From Euprymna scolopes (lineage: Eukaryota), in NCBI GenBank assembly GCA_053919585.1, contig CM132822.1: a stretch of 64,000 bases of DNA. The stretch is one strand, 5' to 3'. Numbering within the stretch: position 1 is the stretch's first letter; each line of letters begins with the position of its first letter. A model generated the notes under the pieces. The model searched no databases and had not been told where the DNA came from. It saw only the letters and a list, made by a program, of their open reading frames with translations. Of the stretch, positions 12,576-25,990 are shown piece after piece. A program made the position numbers and the translations under genes.

Positions 12576-12780
12576 ATGAAGATGGACCAATTAAAAGCTG
12601 TTTAGCAGATATTTGCAAGAAACCGGGCCATCTGTAAAATGGAATAAAATCAAAACAACTGCCAGATGCGATTAAAACTTATCCAGACATTCAGCAAGAG
12701 ATTTCAAAAACGTCAAAGAACTCAACAAATTGGTTGCAGTAAAGTTGAATTGTGGCCTACAAAGGAGTACGGGTTTTGGA
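12576..12780 (+). pseudogene. UGP2: UGP fragment (copy of 4417-4620)
   Basis: Near-identical to 4417-4620. Confidence 0.75.
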
Positions 12781-13424
12781 AACGTTTTGAAACAGAAACC
12801 GATTCTCGTCAATATTATGCTGGTGAAGAACTCCTTCAAAAGATCTGAAATCCTCAACATGTGCAGACATACAAGGAAACGTTTGCATCAAAAAGAATTT
12901 TTCACTCGTTCTTAGAATAGCACTTCATTAGACAACCATTTTAAATAAGTTACCCCTGATTTTCTAAATGTGTGAAGGTTGAATAATGTCCTGAACACAG
13001 ACATGAGCATGGATGCGAAGCGTATCCCTAATAATTTAGGAAATTATTCTATAATACGAAATCTTCCAAGAATTCCTGGAGATCGTACACTTCATACAGC
13101 GCATACGTAAAGTGCTTCTTAAATACATATTAATGACCTTGATTTGTCTCCGTAAAAAAAAAACAAAAAACCCGAAACGCAAATCTTCAATGAAGCAGAA
13201 CCAATCATGAATTTGAAATCTACCAAAGCTATCCAGCTAAAATCTATCTCTTCAAATACATAACTGCCTCCCTGGACGTCGAAAACCTAGTCACTAACGT
13301 TCTGATAATTATTTTACGGTCTTTTTTAGTCTACAAAAACGATGTAATACTTCCTCCAGTCAGAACCCAACACCCCCAAAACTTGTTAAAATGCACCACT
13401 CCAGTTCGCTGTGTCCACGATACA

Positions 13425-13715
13425 GGGAATTGCAAAAGTTGGTTGAAACAGTAGCACCCGAAAATCAGAAATGTCATAGAAGATTGACCAATTTAAATAG
13501 CTGTTTAACAGATATTTGCAAGAAACCGGGCCACATGTAAATTTGGATGAAATCAAACCAATACCAAAGGATGTGATTAAACCACATGCAGACATTTGGC
13601 AAAGATCTCAAAAATGTGAAAGAGTTGAAGAAATTGGTTGTGAAGCTGAATGGTGGCCTAGAAACAAGTATGGGATCTCGGGGTCCCAAAAGTGCCATCC
13701 GTCTTGAATGATCTC
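13425..13715 (+). pseudogene. UGP2: UGP fragment (class 3)
   Basis: QETGPHVNLDEIKPIPKDVIKPHADI, then a frameshift to KKLVVKLNGGLETSMGSRGPKSAI. Confidence 0.85.
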
Positions 13716-14296
13716 TCAAATCCGAAATCGTCATAGGAAGAATCACTAAATGAATGCAGAGTTCCAGGAAAACACGTTTTGGATAAATGGTTGTCAATAC
13801 CATGCGAGTGAATACCCAAAGATCAGACTTCCTCAACATGTTTAGTCATACAAAGAAATGGCTGCAAAGAATACAAGTAAAAGACTTTACACTAGTTTTC
13901 TAGTAGACAACCACTTTCAATAAATTCCTGCAGAAATTCTGAAAGTTGAACAGGTCAAACTGTCTTGGTAAGCAACTGATTCAATATATATCAGGATAGA
14001 TGCGGAATATATTCCTACAGCGTTTCCTTAAGGAAAGCTGGCTAAATGCAACGGAAACGTTTGAAGAAACTGGTTCTCGTTACTATTAAATCCCAGATGG
14101 ATATGGACCAATTAAAGCTGTTTAGTAGACATTTTAAGCTGCTGAAATACTGGAAGTTTATATTCATGGTAAGACGCTGATTCAATATATATCATGATAG
14201 ATGGAGAATGCATTCCTAGAGTTTCCTAATAGAAAGCTGGATAAATGCAAGAGAAACATTTTGCATCAGAAACTGGTTCTCGTCATTATCGAATTC
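13716..14296 (+). pseudogene. Decayed LRR module
   Basis: PKDQTSSTCLVIQRN..LQRIQVKDFT..LVDNHF.IPAEILK. Confidence 0.55.
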
Positions 14297-14630
14297 CAGA
14301 TGGAGATGGACCAATTAAAAAGCCGTTTTGCAGATATTTGCAAGAAACTGGTCCATCTGTAAAACGGACTAAAATCAAACAAATACCAGATGTGATTAAC
14401 ATTCAGCAAAAACGTCAAAGACCTCAAATTGGTTATCTGCAAGCTGAATGGTGGCTTAGGAACAAATATGGATGTCTGGGTCCCAAAAGTGCTATCCGTC
14501 TTGAAAGATCTCATTTCTTGATCTCACCGTCTAATAAATTGAGTATTTGAAGAGTCCAGATTGACCATTGGCTGAGCTTTAGTACGGCCAAGATAGTTGC
14601 ATAAATACACCAAGTGATACAAGTATAAAA
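14297..14630 (+). pseudogene. UGP2: UGP fragment (class 4)
   Basis: RYLQETGPSVKRTKIKQIPDVI...KLVICKLNGGLGTNM...GPKSAI...FLDLTV**IEYLK. Confidence 0.85.
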
Positions 14631-17607
14631 CCGATAATTGAGATTTAAAAAATATTTTAGTATTCATATTATAGGTTGATTGCCTTAATATAGATCATTA
14701 AAATGTACAATGAATCAAAGAAATTGTCAATGTGAATAGATTGCAGATTTATATTGTACTAAATTCGAGAATAATTTTATACCATGAAAATGACTAATCA
14801 TTTTCAAACTGATGGATAATTAAAAAATCCACAATTTTTATTGTAGAAAGAATTACTAAATAAATCTAGAGTTCCAGGAAAATACATGTTTTGGATTAAT
14901 GGTTGCCATTACCATGCGGGCGAAAAACTTTATCTGACTTCAGCAACAAGTTTAGACATGCAAGTAACCGTGTTCATAGACTTCAAGAAAAAGACTACAC
15001 TAGTTTTCTTGCAGACAAACTTTCAATAAACTTAATTCTGAAAGAATAAAAGTTAAACTGTCATGGTAAGCGACTGATTCAATTCATATCAGGATGCAGA
15101 ATATATTCATACATTGTTTCTGTACGTAAAGCTGGCTAAGGGCAAAGGAAACGTTTTGAATATAAAATTGACTCTCGTCACTGTTAAGTTTAAGTTCGTG
15201 GGAAAATATCAGGAGGTGTGAGAGCTGTAGCAGCCGACACCCACCATATCACAGGCGGAGACTGCTTATCACGACTTCGAGATTTGAAATTCATTTTCTC
15301 CCTGGCTTGGCCATCCACAAGCCTTATGTGGCAGTATATGAAAGGCAAAATCTGAAACCATTAATTCTTTCGCTGGTCTGCCCAACAGGAAACGTCGTGA
15401 GTAAAACAAGCTTACAATGGCTCTCTTCAAACTAGCATTTCCACGTGCTGTACCTAAACGAACATTCTTTGTCATGCTTAACATAACTCACAGAACACAT
15501 TAACACTGAAGACGGCTCTTTCTACGTATAAACACGTAAACGGAACTGAACCCTCAACCAGCCAGCATGATATTAATTCTATTTTTGCACAAGAACACTT
15601 CAAACTAATAACCACTTTCTCTTGTACTCAGCTGCTAACAAGGATAAATAAAAAAAATTAGGAAGTGTCTGCAAATTGGCACAACAAGAGAAAGTAACAA
15701 GGGCACGTGGTCGGCAGAGAAAAAGTTCGTTTGAAAAAGACAAGAAATCTATGGCCAGTGTAGTGGAGCAGAGAGAAAAAAAAAAGCTCGCCAGAGTGGA
15801 GTGAGTGAGACCAAGCCGGTACGAGGACAAAAAAAAAAAAAAAAAACGGAATGGACCTGGATTTATTAGACTATATGCTTTCTTTCATTATTAATATACA
15901 GTGTGAATGCACTTGAAAACGGCCAGAAGTTACATCGACCAAAATGCTGTAAAAATATAATCAATTCTCATCTCCAATAGATTTGGTTTTCTTTATACTT
16001 TTGAACCTCCTCGATAGCTACTAAAGACCTATACAAGCAGAATTGGAGATAAAAAGGGAGACTAAGGAAACTATCAGAGATGGGGGTGTGTAGGTGATTG
16101 TCGAACGAGGAGAAGTGGACCTGGTCGCATATGATTATCTTCAAAGCTTTTAGCCGAAACAGAAGCTCGCACAACCAATATATTGAGGATTACAAGCAAC
16201 TTCAGATGTTGAAGTGTTGGAGACGTGGTGTAAAATCTATTATATAAAAGTTACTGTGAGAGTTTCTTATAGGAACCGAAACGGCCGAGCATAACTTTTG
16301 CAAATTTCAAAGCCAGCATAAGGTTACATTAGAGATTTCACACCTGAAAGTTCACTATTAATCGACGCTTGGCAATTCATAAGTCATTTCAAAATTTTAA
16401 GAACTCTGCGGCAATTTTCTTTCGAAAGTATAAAAACAAGGTAAAAATACATTTCTTACTATACATATTGATATCTGTCGCCTTAAACTAAAACGCAAAA
16501 GCAATCACGAATTTCACGTTTGAATCTTAAAACTTGGTATCTTTATCATATCCTCATCCACAAAAACAACCATCATAGAAACCCAATAATAAACGTAACC
16601 GCATGGATGGATACATATATCAATGTTGTAAAAAACTACCAGCATTTTTACATTTGTAAACATTCCCGTCTTTTTACTCTAAAATTCCATTAAACTGTAA
16701 AATTAAAAAGAATCTTGAATAAAGGTTGAACTGTCATAGTAAGCGACCGATTAAATATCTCAAGAGATACGGAGTGCATTCCTACAGCATTTCCTGAAGG
16801 AACACTGGCCAAACGCAAAGAAACGTTTGGAATAAAACTAGTTCTTGTCACTATTAAATCCCAGATACAGATGGACTAATTAAAGCTGTTCAGTAGATAT
16901 TTTAATGAGTTCCTGCTGAAATTCTGAAAGTTTAAACTGTTATGGTAAGCAACAGATTCAATATATATCAGGATATATACGTATACATTCCTACAGCGTT
17001 TATTGACGGAAAGATGCCTAAATGCAAAAGAAACGTTTTGAATGAGAAATTTGTTCTCGTCAGTATTGAATTCCGGATGAAGATGGACCAATTAAAAGCT
17101 GTTTAGCAGATATTTGCAAGAAACAGAATTATCAAAAATCTTACGCAACAATTATATAAAACTGATACGGTTTTCTGTATACGACTTCAATTTAAATGAT
17201 TGAAAATATTAATCTTCCAAGAATTCCTGGAGATCGTACACTTCATACAGCGCATACCTAAAGTGCTTCTTAAAATACATATTAATGACCTTGATTTGTC
17301 TCCATAAAAAAAAAAGAAAGAAAAAAAGAAAAAAAAGAAAAAAGAAAAGAAAAGAAAAACAAGAAAGAAAAAGCAAAAGAAAAAAAAAAGAAAACGCTAA
17401 TCTTCAATGAAGCAGAACCAATCATGAATTTGAAATCTACCAAAGCTATCCAGCTAAAATCTATCTCTTCAAATACATAACTGCCTCCCTGGACGTCGAA
17501 AACCTAGTCACTAACGTTCTGATAATTATTTTACGGTCTTTTTTAGTCTACAAAAACGATGCAATACTTCCTCCAGTCAGAACCCAACACCTCCAAAACT
17601 TGTTAAA

Positions 17608-17932
17608 ATGCACCACTCCAGTTCGCTGTGTCCACGATACAAGAAATTGCAAAAGTTGGTTGAAACAGTAGCACCCGAAAATAAGAAACGTCATATGAAG
17701 ATGGACCAATTTAAAGAGCTGTTTAGCAGATATTTGCAAGAAACCGGGCCACATGTAAATTATGATAAAATTAAACCAATACGAAAGGATGTGATTAAAT
17801 CACATGCAGACATTTGGCAAAGATCTCAAAAATGTGAAAGAGTTGAAGAAATTGGTTGTGAAGCTGAATGGTGGCCTGAGAACAAGTATGGGATCTCGGG
17901 GTCCCAAAAGTGCCATCAGTCTTGAATGATCT
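17608..17932 (+). pseudogene. UGP2: Best-preserved UGP N-terminal fragment
   Basis: ORF 17608-17925: KKLQKLVETVAPENKKRHMKMDQFKELFSRYLQETGPHVNYDKIKPIRKDVIKSHADI. A shifted frame continues KKLVVKLNGGLRTSMGSRGPKSAI. Confidence 0.9.
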
Positions 17933-17934
17933 CT

Positions 17935-18900
17935 TAAATCCGAAATCGTCATAGGAAGAATCACTAAATTAATGCAGAGTTCCAAGAAAACACGTTTTGG
18001 ATAAGTGGTTGTCAATACCATGCGGGTGAATACCCAAAGATCTGACTTCCTCAACATGTTTAGTCATACAAAAGAAATGACGGCAAAGAATACAAGTAAA
18101 AGAATTTACAGTTTTATAGTAGACAACCACTTTTCAATAAGTTCCTGTGGAAATTCTGAAAGTTGAAAAGGTCAAACTGTCTTGTAAGCAACTGAGTCAA
18201 TATATATCAGGATAGATGCGGAATATATTCCTACAGCGTTTCCTTAAGGAAAGCTGGCTAAATGCAACGGAAACGTTTTTAATAAGAAACTGGTTCTCGT
18301 TACAATTAAATCCCAGATGGAGATGGACCAATTAAAGCTGTTTAGTAGATATTTTAATGAGTTCCTGCTGAAATTCTGAAAGTTTAAACTGTCATGTTAA
18401 GTAACTGATTCAATATATATAAGGATTAGATGAGGAATACATTCCTACAGCTTTTCCTGACGGAATCATGCCTAAATGCAAAAGAAACGTTTTGAATGAG
18501 AAATCACTGAAATCAACATAAGAAATACAAGGAAAGAATTTTTTCACTAGTTCTTAGAATAGCACTTCATACAACCATTCTAAATAAGTTACCCCTGATT
18601 TTCTAAGTGTGCAAAGGTTGAATAAAGTCCTGAATACAGATTTTATGAGCATGGACGTGAAATGTATCCCTAATAATAATCTATCAAAAATTTCTATAAT
18701 ACGAAATGTACGAATTAATATTTATACATAAATTTTACAACGTTGGGTTGTATGCTCGTAAATTATAACCAAATAATACGTGGTTGTAATTATCAAATAA
18801 CCCTTACGCAACAAGATGAGCATTGTATAAAACGGATACGATTTTCTGCATACGACTTCAATTTAAGTGATTTAAAGTAATTATCTTCCAAGAACTCCGG
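17935..18900 (+). pseudogene. Decayed LRR module with possible LRRCT start
   Basis: Same family; 'ttatcaaataacccttac' (LSNNPY) near 18790 resembles the LxxNPF C-terminal cap. Confidence 0.45.
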
Positions 18901-19271
18901 GAAATCGTACCCTTCATACAGCGTATACCTAAAGTGCTTCTTACTATACATATATTAATGACCTCTTGATTTCTCTCCGTAAAAAAAAAAAAAAAAAAAA
19001 AAAAAAACTGAAACTGAAATCTTCAATGAAGCAGAACCAATCATGAATTTTACGTTTGAATAAAATCTACTAGAGCTATCACGCTATAATCAATCTCTTC
19101 AAATACAGAACTGTCTCTCTGGACATCGGAAACTTAATCACTAATTTCTGATAATTATTTTTATGGTCTTATTTAGTCTACAAAACTATGCGATACTTCC
19201 TCTAGTCAGAACCCAACACCTCGAAAACTTGTTAAAATACACCACTCAAGTTCGCTGTGTCCACGATAAAG

Positions 19272-19558
19272 GAAATTGCAAAAGTTGGTTGAAACACTAG
19301 CACCCAAATATAAAAATGTCAGATGAAGATGGACCAATTTGAAGAGCTGTTTAGCAGATATTTGTAAGCAACTGGGCCACATGTAAATTTGGATGAAATC
19401 AAACCAATACCAAAGGTTGTGATTAAACCACATGTAGGCATTTGGCAAAGATCTCAAAAATGGGAAAGAGCTGAATAAATTGGTTGTGAAGCTGAATGGT
19501 GGCCTCGGAACAAGTATGGGATCGGGGTCCCAAAAGTGCCATCCGTCTTGAATGATCT
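19272..19558 (+). pseudogene. UGP2: UGP fragment (class 3)
   Basis: Paralog of 17640-17932; contains KLVVKLNGGLGTSMG. Confidence 0.8.
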
Positions 19559-19713
19559 CTAAAAATCCGAAATATTCAAAAAACGAACTTTCTTTCTATG
19601 ACTAAGTCCATATTATAAAAAGGAGGGGACTATATAAAATGAAATATACAATGAGTAAAAGTAATTGTCAATATAAATGTACCACAAAATTGTAAAATAA
19701 TTTCGTTTGATGA

Positions 19714-19750
<37 letters not shown>

Positions 19751-20276
19751 GTCTAGGTTTTACACCATGAAAATTACTAATCACGTTCAAACTGGTGGAT
19801 AATTCCTTCAAAAATCCGAAATCGTCATAGAAAGACTCACTAAATGAATGCAGAGTTCCAGGGAAACACGTTTTGGATAAGTAGTTGTCAATACCATGCG
19901 TGTGAATACCCAAAGATCTGACTTCAACATGTTTAGTCATCCAAAGAAATGACTGCATAGAATACAAGTAAGACTTTACACCAGTTTTCTAGTAGACAAC
20001 CACTTTCAATAAATTCCTGCGGAAATTCTGAAAGTTGAAAAGGTCAAACTGTCTTGGTAAGCAACTGATTCAATATATATCAGGATAGATGCGGAATATA
20101 TTCCTACAGCGTTTCCTTAAGGAAAGCTGGCTAAATGCAACGAAAACGTTTTTAAGAAACTGGTTCTCGTTACTATTAAATCCCAGATGGAGATGGACCA
20201 ACTAAAGCTGTTTAGTAGAAATGTTACACTCCTGCTGAAATTCTAGAAGTTTTAACTGTCATTGTAAGACGCTGAG

Positions 20277-20312
<36 letters not shown>

Positions 20313-20617
20313 AAAGATTTTGAAACATCAGTTGGAAATATTTACTGATTTGAAACCACCTGAACAGTGAGAATTTTTTTTCTTATCACTGGTATTCCAA
20401 CTGAAACCAATTTCCCTCTTTCCTCATTCGTTTTCTTAGTTTTTAATTTATCAATCTGACGTTTCCTCTTTGAGGGTCAGACGATAAGGCCTTAAGGAAA
20501 TTTTAACAATTTCACCTGCCCGTTTTTTTTTTTTTTTTTTTGGTTTCTTTGGTCTTTTTGATTTAAATTATGTTTCCTCTGAAATTTCTCCTTCCATTTT
20601 GCTGTGCCAAGAATTTA

Positions 20618-20659
<42 letters not shown>

Positions 20660-20759
20660 GATAGATGGAGAATACATTCCTAGAGAGTTTCCTGATAGAA
20701 AACTGGATAAATGCAAGAGAATCATTTTGCATAAGAAACTGGTTCTCGTCATTGAATTC

Positions 20760-21110
20760 CAGATGGAGATGGACCAATTAAAAAAGCTGTGAAGCAGATA
20801 TTTGCAAGAGACTGGTCCATCTGTAAAACGGAATAAAATCAAACAAATAAAAGATGTGTTAAATCCTAATCTGACATTCAGCAAAAATCTCAGATGTCAG
20901 ACCTCAAATTGGTTGTCTGCAAGCTGAATGGTGACTTAGGAACAAATATGGATGTCGGGGTCCCAAACTGCCATCCGTCTTGAAAGATCTCATTTCTTGA
21001 GCTCACCGTCCAATAAATTGAGTATTTGAAGAGTCCAGATTGACCATTGGTTGAGCTTTAGTACGGCCAAGATAGTTGCATAAATACACCAAGTGATACA
21101 AGTATAAAAC
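20760..21110 (+). pseudogene. UGP2: UGP fragment (class 4)
   Basis: Paralog of 14297-14630. Confidence 0.8.
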
Positions 21111-21407
21111 CGATAATTGAGATTTAAAAAATATTTTAGTATCCACATAAGTGGATTATCTTAATATAGATCATTAAAATAAACAAGGAATCAAAGAAAT
21201 TGTCAGTGTGAATAGATTGCAGATTCATATTGTACTAAATTCTAGAATAATTTTATACCATGAAAATGACTGATCACGTTCAAACTGATGGATAATTCAT
21301 CCAAAAATCCAATTTTCATTGTAGAAAGAATTACTAAACAAATGTAGAGTTCCAGGAAAAGACATGTTTTGGATTAATGGTTGAAAACGGGCAAAAAAAC
21401 TCAGATT

Positions 21408-21670
21408 ATAGGGAATTGCGACAGTTGATTAAAAGGACCTGAAAAAAAAAAAAAAAAAAAAAAAAAATAGATGTCAGATTGACCAATTTTAAGACCGGTT
21501 TAGCAGATATTTGCAAGAAACCACGGCGTGTAACAAGTATAGGTTGTTGGAGTTCCAAAAATGAATGATCTCGCGTTTCTTGATCTTACTGTCCAACGAA
21601 TGATTCAGTTTGACCATTGTATGGCCAGGATAGTTGCATAACTATGCAAAGTGATGCAAGTATAAAAACA
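21408..21670 (+). pseudogene. UGP2: Internally deleted UGP fragment (class 1)
   Basis: Paralog of 540-970 with deletions; retains FLDLTVQR. Confidence 0.65.
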
Positions 21671-21956
21671 AATGAAGCATCGAAACACTAGTGCTTATTA
21701 CACAAATAAACCTGACATGGATCGATATTTTCATTGCATTCGACTATTACAACATTGAATGCAACACCAGGGTGACTTTCAAGATTTAATTTTCAGAGTG
21801 CTTCTTTACTATTATGCTGTTTGCATCATGTTTTATAGCAAAGATCGGCTGTGATGTGTAAATTCCCAAACAAGTTTACATTCCAGGTATGCGGCCATTG
21901 CCTGGAAGTCACCACCACCCTTAATGTGATTTTACATAGTGTGTCTGGGGACACAG

Positions 21957-22950
21957 GATCTGTACGATGATCAATATATCAAGAATTTGACACCAATCAG
22001 GATATGCTCTGAGTGGCTCCAAGCTTCGGCGCACCAGCTCCTTTGGTGCGCTACATTTGAGTGAGCTATGATGCAGCGAACAGCACGTTGAATGACCGTT
22101 TTTTCACTTTCGCTCGTGCTGTTCAATATCCGAGCTTGCGTAGCCAATGGGTTAATGGACGTTGGCTATGCTGATGACCTCACTTCTCTCCAAAACTGTG
22201 GCAGCAGTGAAGCTAGCTCTTGCAAGGTCAAGGATGGTGATTAACTGCCAAATGAAGGTCACTTACTATAGTCTCTAGCAAAAAGGCAAAATATTCTCAT
22301 TTGGAAGTTGCGGAGTTTGTCTGGTGCTCAACCGGTCCAAGATCTTAACCATAAGCATTTGAGCTGCTTGGGATAAGATTCAATTGGAAAGTCCTCCTTT
22401 CCTTTTTACATCGCAAGGTGGTCCACGACTTGCTGAGCAAGATGCATTCGGCTCCATTGAATCTGCAGCAGTTCATTTAGCTCTGGTGAGGATATGTGAC
22501 GCCAGACTTCTGCAGTCGCTGGTCCTGGGCAACATGCACCATAACATGCTCAGGGCATTGGATGTTAATGTGAAAAAACGTCTGCAGGTGGCCGAGGCTC
22601 CCAAAAGACTTTCTGGTCGACTTTTATCATGCCGCTGTCTCAGAATTTTAGTGCAGTCTTGGAGGGGTCGGGGGTGATTGCCTTCCTTGGCAACTTCAAT
22701 TTCTTTAACAAGACAATAGGTACCAAAAGATGTTTGCCTCTGCAATATCAGGAATTTTACATGAGGTCACCCAGAGTACCGTCCTGAACTACTCGGAACT
22801 GCCCTGCCATGGTGAGGAGCCAGATGGCGTGATAAGCAGCAGTAAGATGGAGGGAGGCCACGGTTTCATTTTTGAGTCGGTCTCGCTCTGGCATACTGTA
22901 CAAAAGCATCTGATTATCAATGAACACTGGCTTTACGATGCTATAAAGAG
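21957..22950 (+). mobile_element. R2-clade RT fragment (unit 4 copy)
   Basis: Diverged paralog; retains YADDL and the extra segment read as VCRWPRLPKDFLV. Confidence 0.7.
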
Positions 22951-23542
22951 TTTTGCCTGAAAGTATCCCCTGCCTCTACACGACCACCATTGTCACATTT
23001 GGGCTGGTGCATCTGCTAATAGTCTCATCTTTGGACAAAGTTCAAAAGGTCAACCTGAAAGGTCCTGAACCGTCGTCTAAGCTTCAAGCTTTGTCCCATC
23101 GACGAAATGTATTTCTCTTCCTGTTTTACAGGCATTTAAAATGGTGGATGCTCTGATGAACTACAAGCTCTTGTAGCCCCTCTATAGAAGTGCATCCGAG
23201 ATTCTACCTAGATATCTACTCCTGGAGTAGAATTAGATCTAGGTTGAAGAATCTACCACTTAAAAAAAAAACAAAAAAAAAAGACGAAGTAGAAATAATA
23301 GGACCTGCTCCATTAGCAGAGCTCCAACTCCTGTCCCATCGCTGTAATGTCACATTCCATGTATTTAAATAGAAGGGAGTTACTTAACCCCATGAAAATA
23401 AAGGCAAACAATGCTACCCGTTCACTCCCTCCCCCACAGCTCCTAGAAAAGTACACTAAACCGCACGAGTTCCCTTTGGACGACCATACAGTGAATTGAA
23501 GTTGGTTTAAACAGCATCACCTGAAATGAGAAAATACTCATA

Positions 23543-24609
23543 CAGTCCTGGTCAAAATCATAAGACCACTTAAAGATTTTCAGTGGGATTGAGGTCCGGT
23601 GAACATGCTGGATGATCTAACAATTCTATATTATTTGAAGGAAAGTATTCTTGTGCTTGCCGAAGTGTGTATCGCAGCGTTGTCTTGCTGAAAAATCATT
23701 TCTTCCACACAGACATGGACCTTCAGTCCTGATAGAAGCATTTTCAAGCATTGAAATGTACTTAAATGATGTTTCTTCCACTACTTGCAACTTTAGGGTC
23801 CCAGCTGATGAGAAAGCACCCCCAGATCATTAAACCCTCCTCCACTATGCCGAGTTGAAAAAGTCTCTTTGGGCAAATTTTTATCATGCCAATAGTGTCG
23901 AAACCCATCTGGACCATCCAGATTAAACTTTTTCTCAGAGAAAATTACATTTTCTCGCTTCTCTTCATCCCAAGTCTGGTGTTTGGCGGCATATTTAAGT
24001 CGGTTAGTTTTGTGCTGTTCAAGAAGACGTGGTTTCTGCAGTCGCTTTAAATGATTGAAACCCTTCATTTTCAGATGCCTTCTGATGGTTTTAGGACCAC
24101 ATTCTACTGCTGTTTGGCTTTTCAATCGACTTGAGCTCATACTGGAGTTTTTTTTAAACTTCTGATATGGCGATCCAGTGATGGGTTATATTTTTTGGTC
24201 GAGGTGGATATTTTGTGCCCATACTGATCTGGATTTCTTAAATCCAGATAACTGTTTTGCTACTATTCACTTCGTTTGCAATGAATCTATGGGGGATTCC
24301 ATCCCAATTAAGCTGAAAGATCCTCTCAAACTGATAATGGTTTCACTTTTGTTATTTATAATTTAGTAAGCTGTTTTTAATTACTAACAAGTTGCTTTTA
24401 GTAACATAGAAAGCTTTTCGTATGTATTTTTCAAAACTAGCCGATTATATGAAAGTTGTCTTATCATTTTGACCAAGTGAAAATGTTTTAAAAAAATAAT
24501 TAGATCACAGTTAAGGTTTCGAATGAAGCGGATATCGTTTTTTTTACATCATTTTCCCTTTTGGCTATGGTTTCTACCATTTGTTCGATTTAAAAATTCG
24601 ATAATATGC
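23543..24609 (-). mobile_element. Internally deleted Tc3-like (Tc1/mariner DD34E) transposon
   Basis: TA|CAGTCCTGGTCAAAATCATAAGACCACTT end; minus-strand [30 protein letters not shown] and SPDLNPTEN; same family as 55039-56525. Confidence 0.9.
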
Positions 24610-25019
24610 TATAGAAAAACCTATACATATTGATATCTGTCGCCTTTAACTAAAACGCAAAAGCAATCAAGAATTTCACGTTTGAATCTTAAAACTTTGT
24701 ATCTTTATCATATCCTAATCCACAAAAACAACCATCATAGAAACCCAATAAACATAACCGCATGAATGAATACATGTATCAATGTTGTAAAACCACTACC
24801 AGCATTTTTACATTTGTAAAAATTCTTGTCTTTTTACTCCAAAATTCCATTAAACAGTAAAATTAAAAAGCAAATCTTGAATGAAGCAGAACCCAATATG
24901 AATTAGGTATTTTAAGCCGAAATTTTTTTTTACATGCCTCATCTGTATTTACAAAACTATCATAGAAGCCAAGTAATCCAAGAGAAAATATCAATTAAGT
25001 TCGATAATAGTTAATGATT

Positions 25020-25429
25020 CCTAAAAATCTGAAATCGTCATAGAATCGTCACTTAATGAATGCAGAGTTCCAAGCAAAGGAAACTCCTTCAAAAGATCCG
25101 ACTTCCTCAACATGTTTAGACATACAAGGACATGTCTGCAAAGAATACGAGTAAAAGACTTTACTAAATTTCTATTAGACAACTTTCAATAAGCACCCGC
25201 TGAAATTCTGGAAAAAAAAAGAAAAAAAGTTGAACTGTCATATTAAGCGACTGATTCAATCAGTCAAGAGATGCAGAGTGCATAACTACAGCATTTCCTG
25301 AAGGAAAGCACGCCAAACGCAAAAGAAACGTTTTTTAATAACAAACGGGTTCTCGTTACTATTAAATCCCAGATGGAGATGGACCATTTAAAGCTGTTCA
25401 GTAGATATTTTAATGAGTTTCTGCAAATG

Positions 25430-25485
<56 letters not shown>

Positions 25486-25990
25486 GATAGATGCGAAATA
25501 CATTCCCACAGCTTTTCCTGACGGAAAGATGCCTAAATGCAAAAGAAATGAGAAATTGGTTCTCGTCACTATTATGCTGGTGAGAAACTCTTTCAAAAGA
25601 TCTGAAATCAACATGTGCAGACATACAAGGAAACGTTTGATTAAAAAAGAATTTTTTCAACCGTTCTTAGAATAGAACTTCATTAGACAACCATTTTAAA
25701 TAAGTTGCCACTGATTTTCTAAATGTGAAGGTTTAATAATGTCCTGAATACAGACTTTATGAGCATCGACCTGGAATGTATTCCTAATAATTTAGGAAAA
25801 TATTCGAAATGTATGAATATTTATACATAAATTTTCTGACTGGGCAGCGTTAGGTGATATGTTAATAAATTATAACCTAATACATAGTCGTAATTATCAA
25901 ATAACTCTTACGCAACAAGATAAGCGTTATATTAAACGGATACGGTTTTCTGTATATGACTTCAATTCAAATGATTTAAAGTATTGATCT
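25020..25990 (+). pseudogene. Decayed LRR module (unit 4)
   Basis: NSF.DPTSSTCLDIQG..LQRIRVKDFT; paralog of 3855-4900. Confidence 0.5.

Noticed and set aside
15380-15540. Hammerhead ribozyme pieces (GAAACGTCGTGA, CTGAAGA); similar partial motifs at ~35575 and ~49797
   Set aside because: The core elements are incomplete or in the wrong order, and I could not build the three stems.
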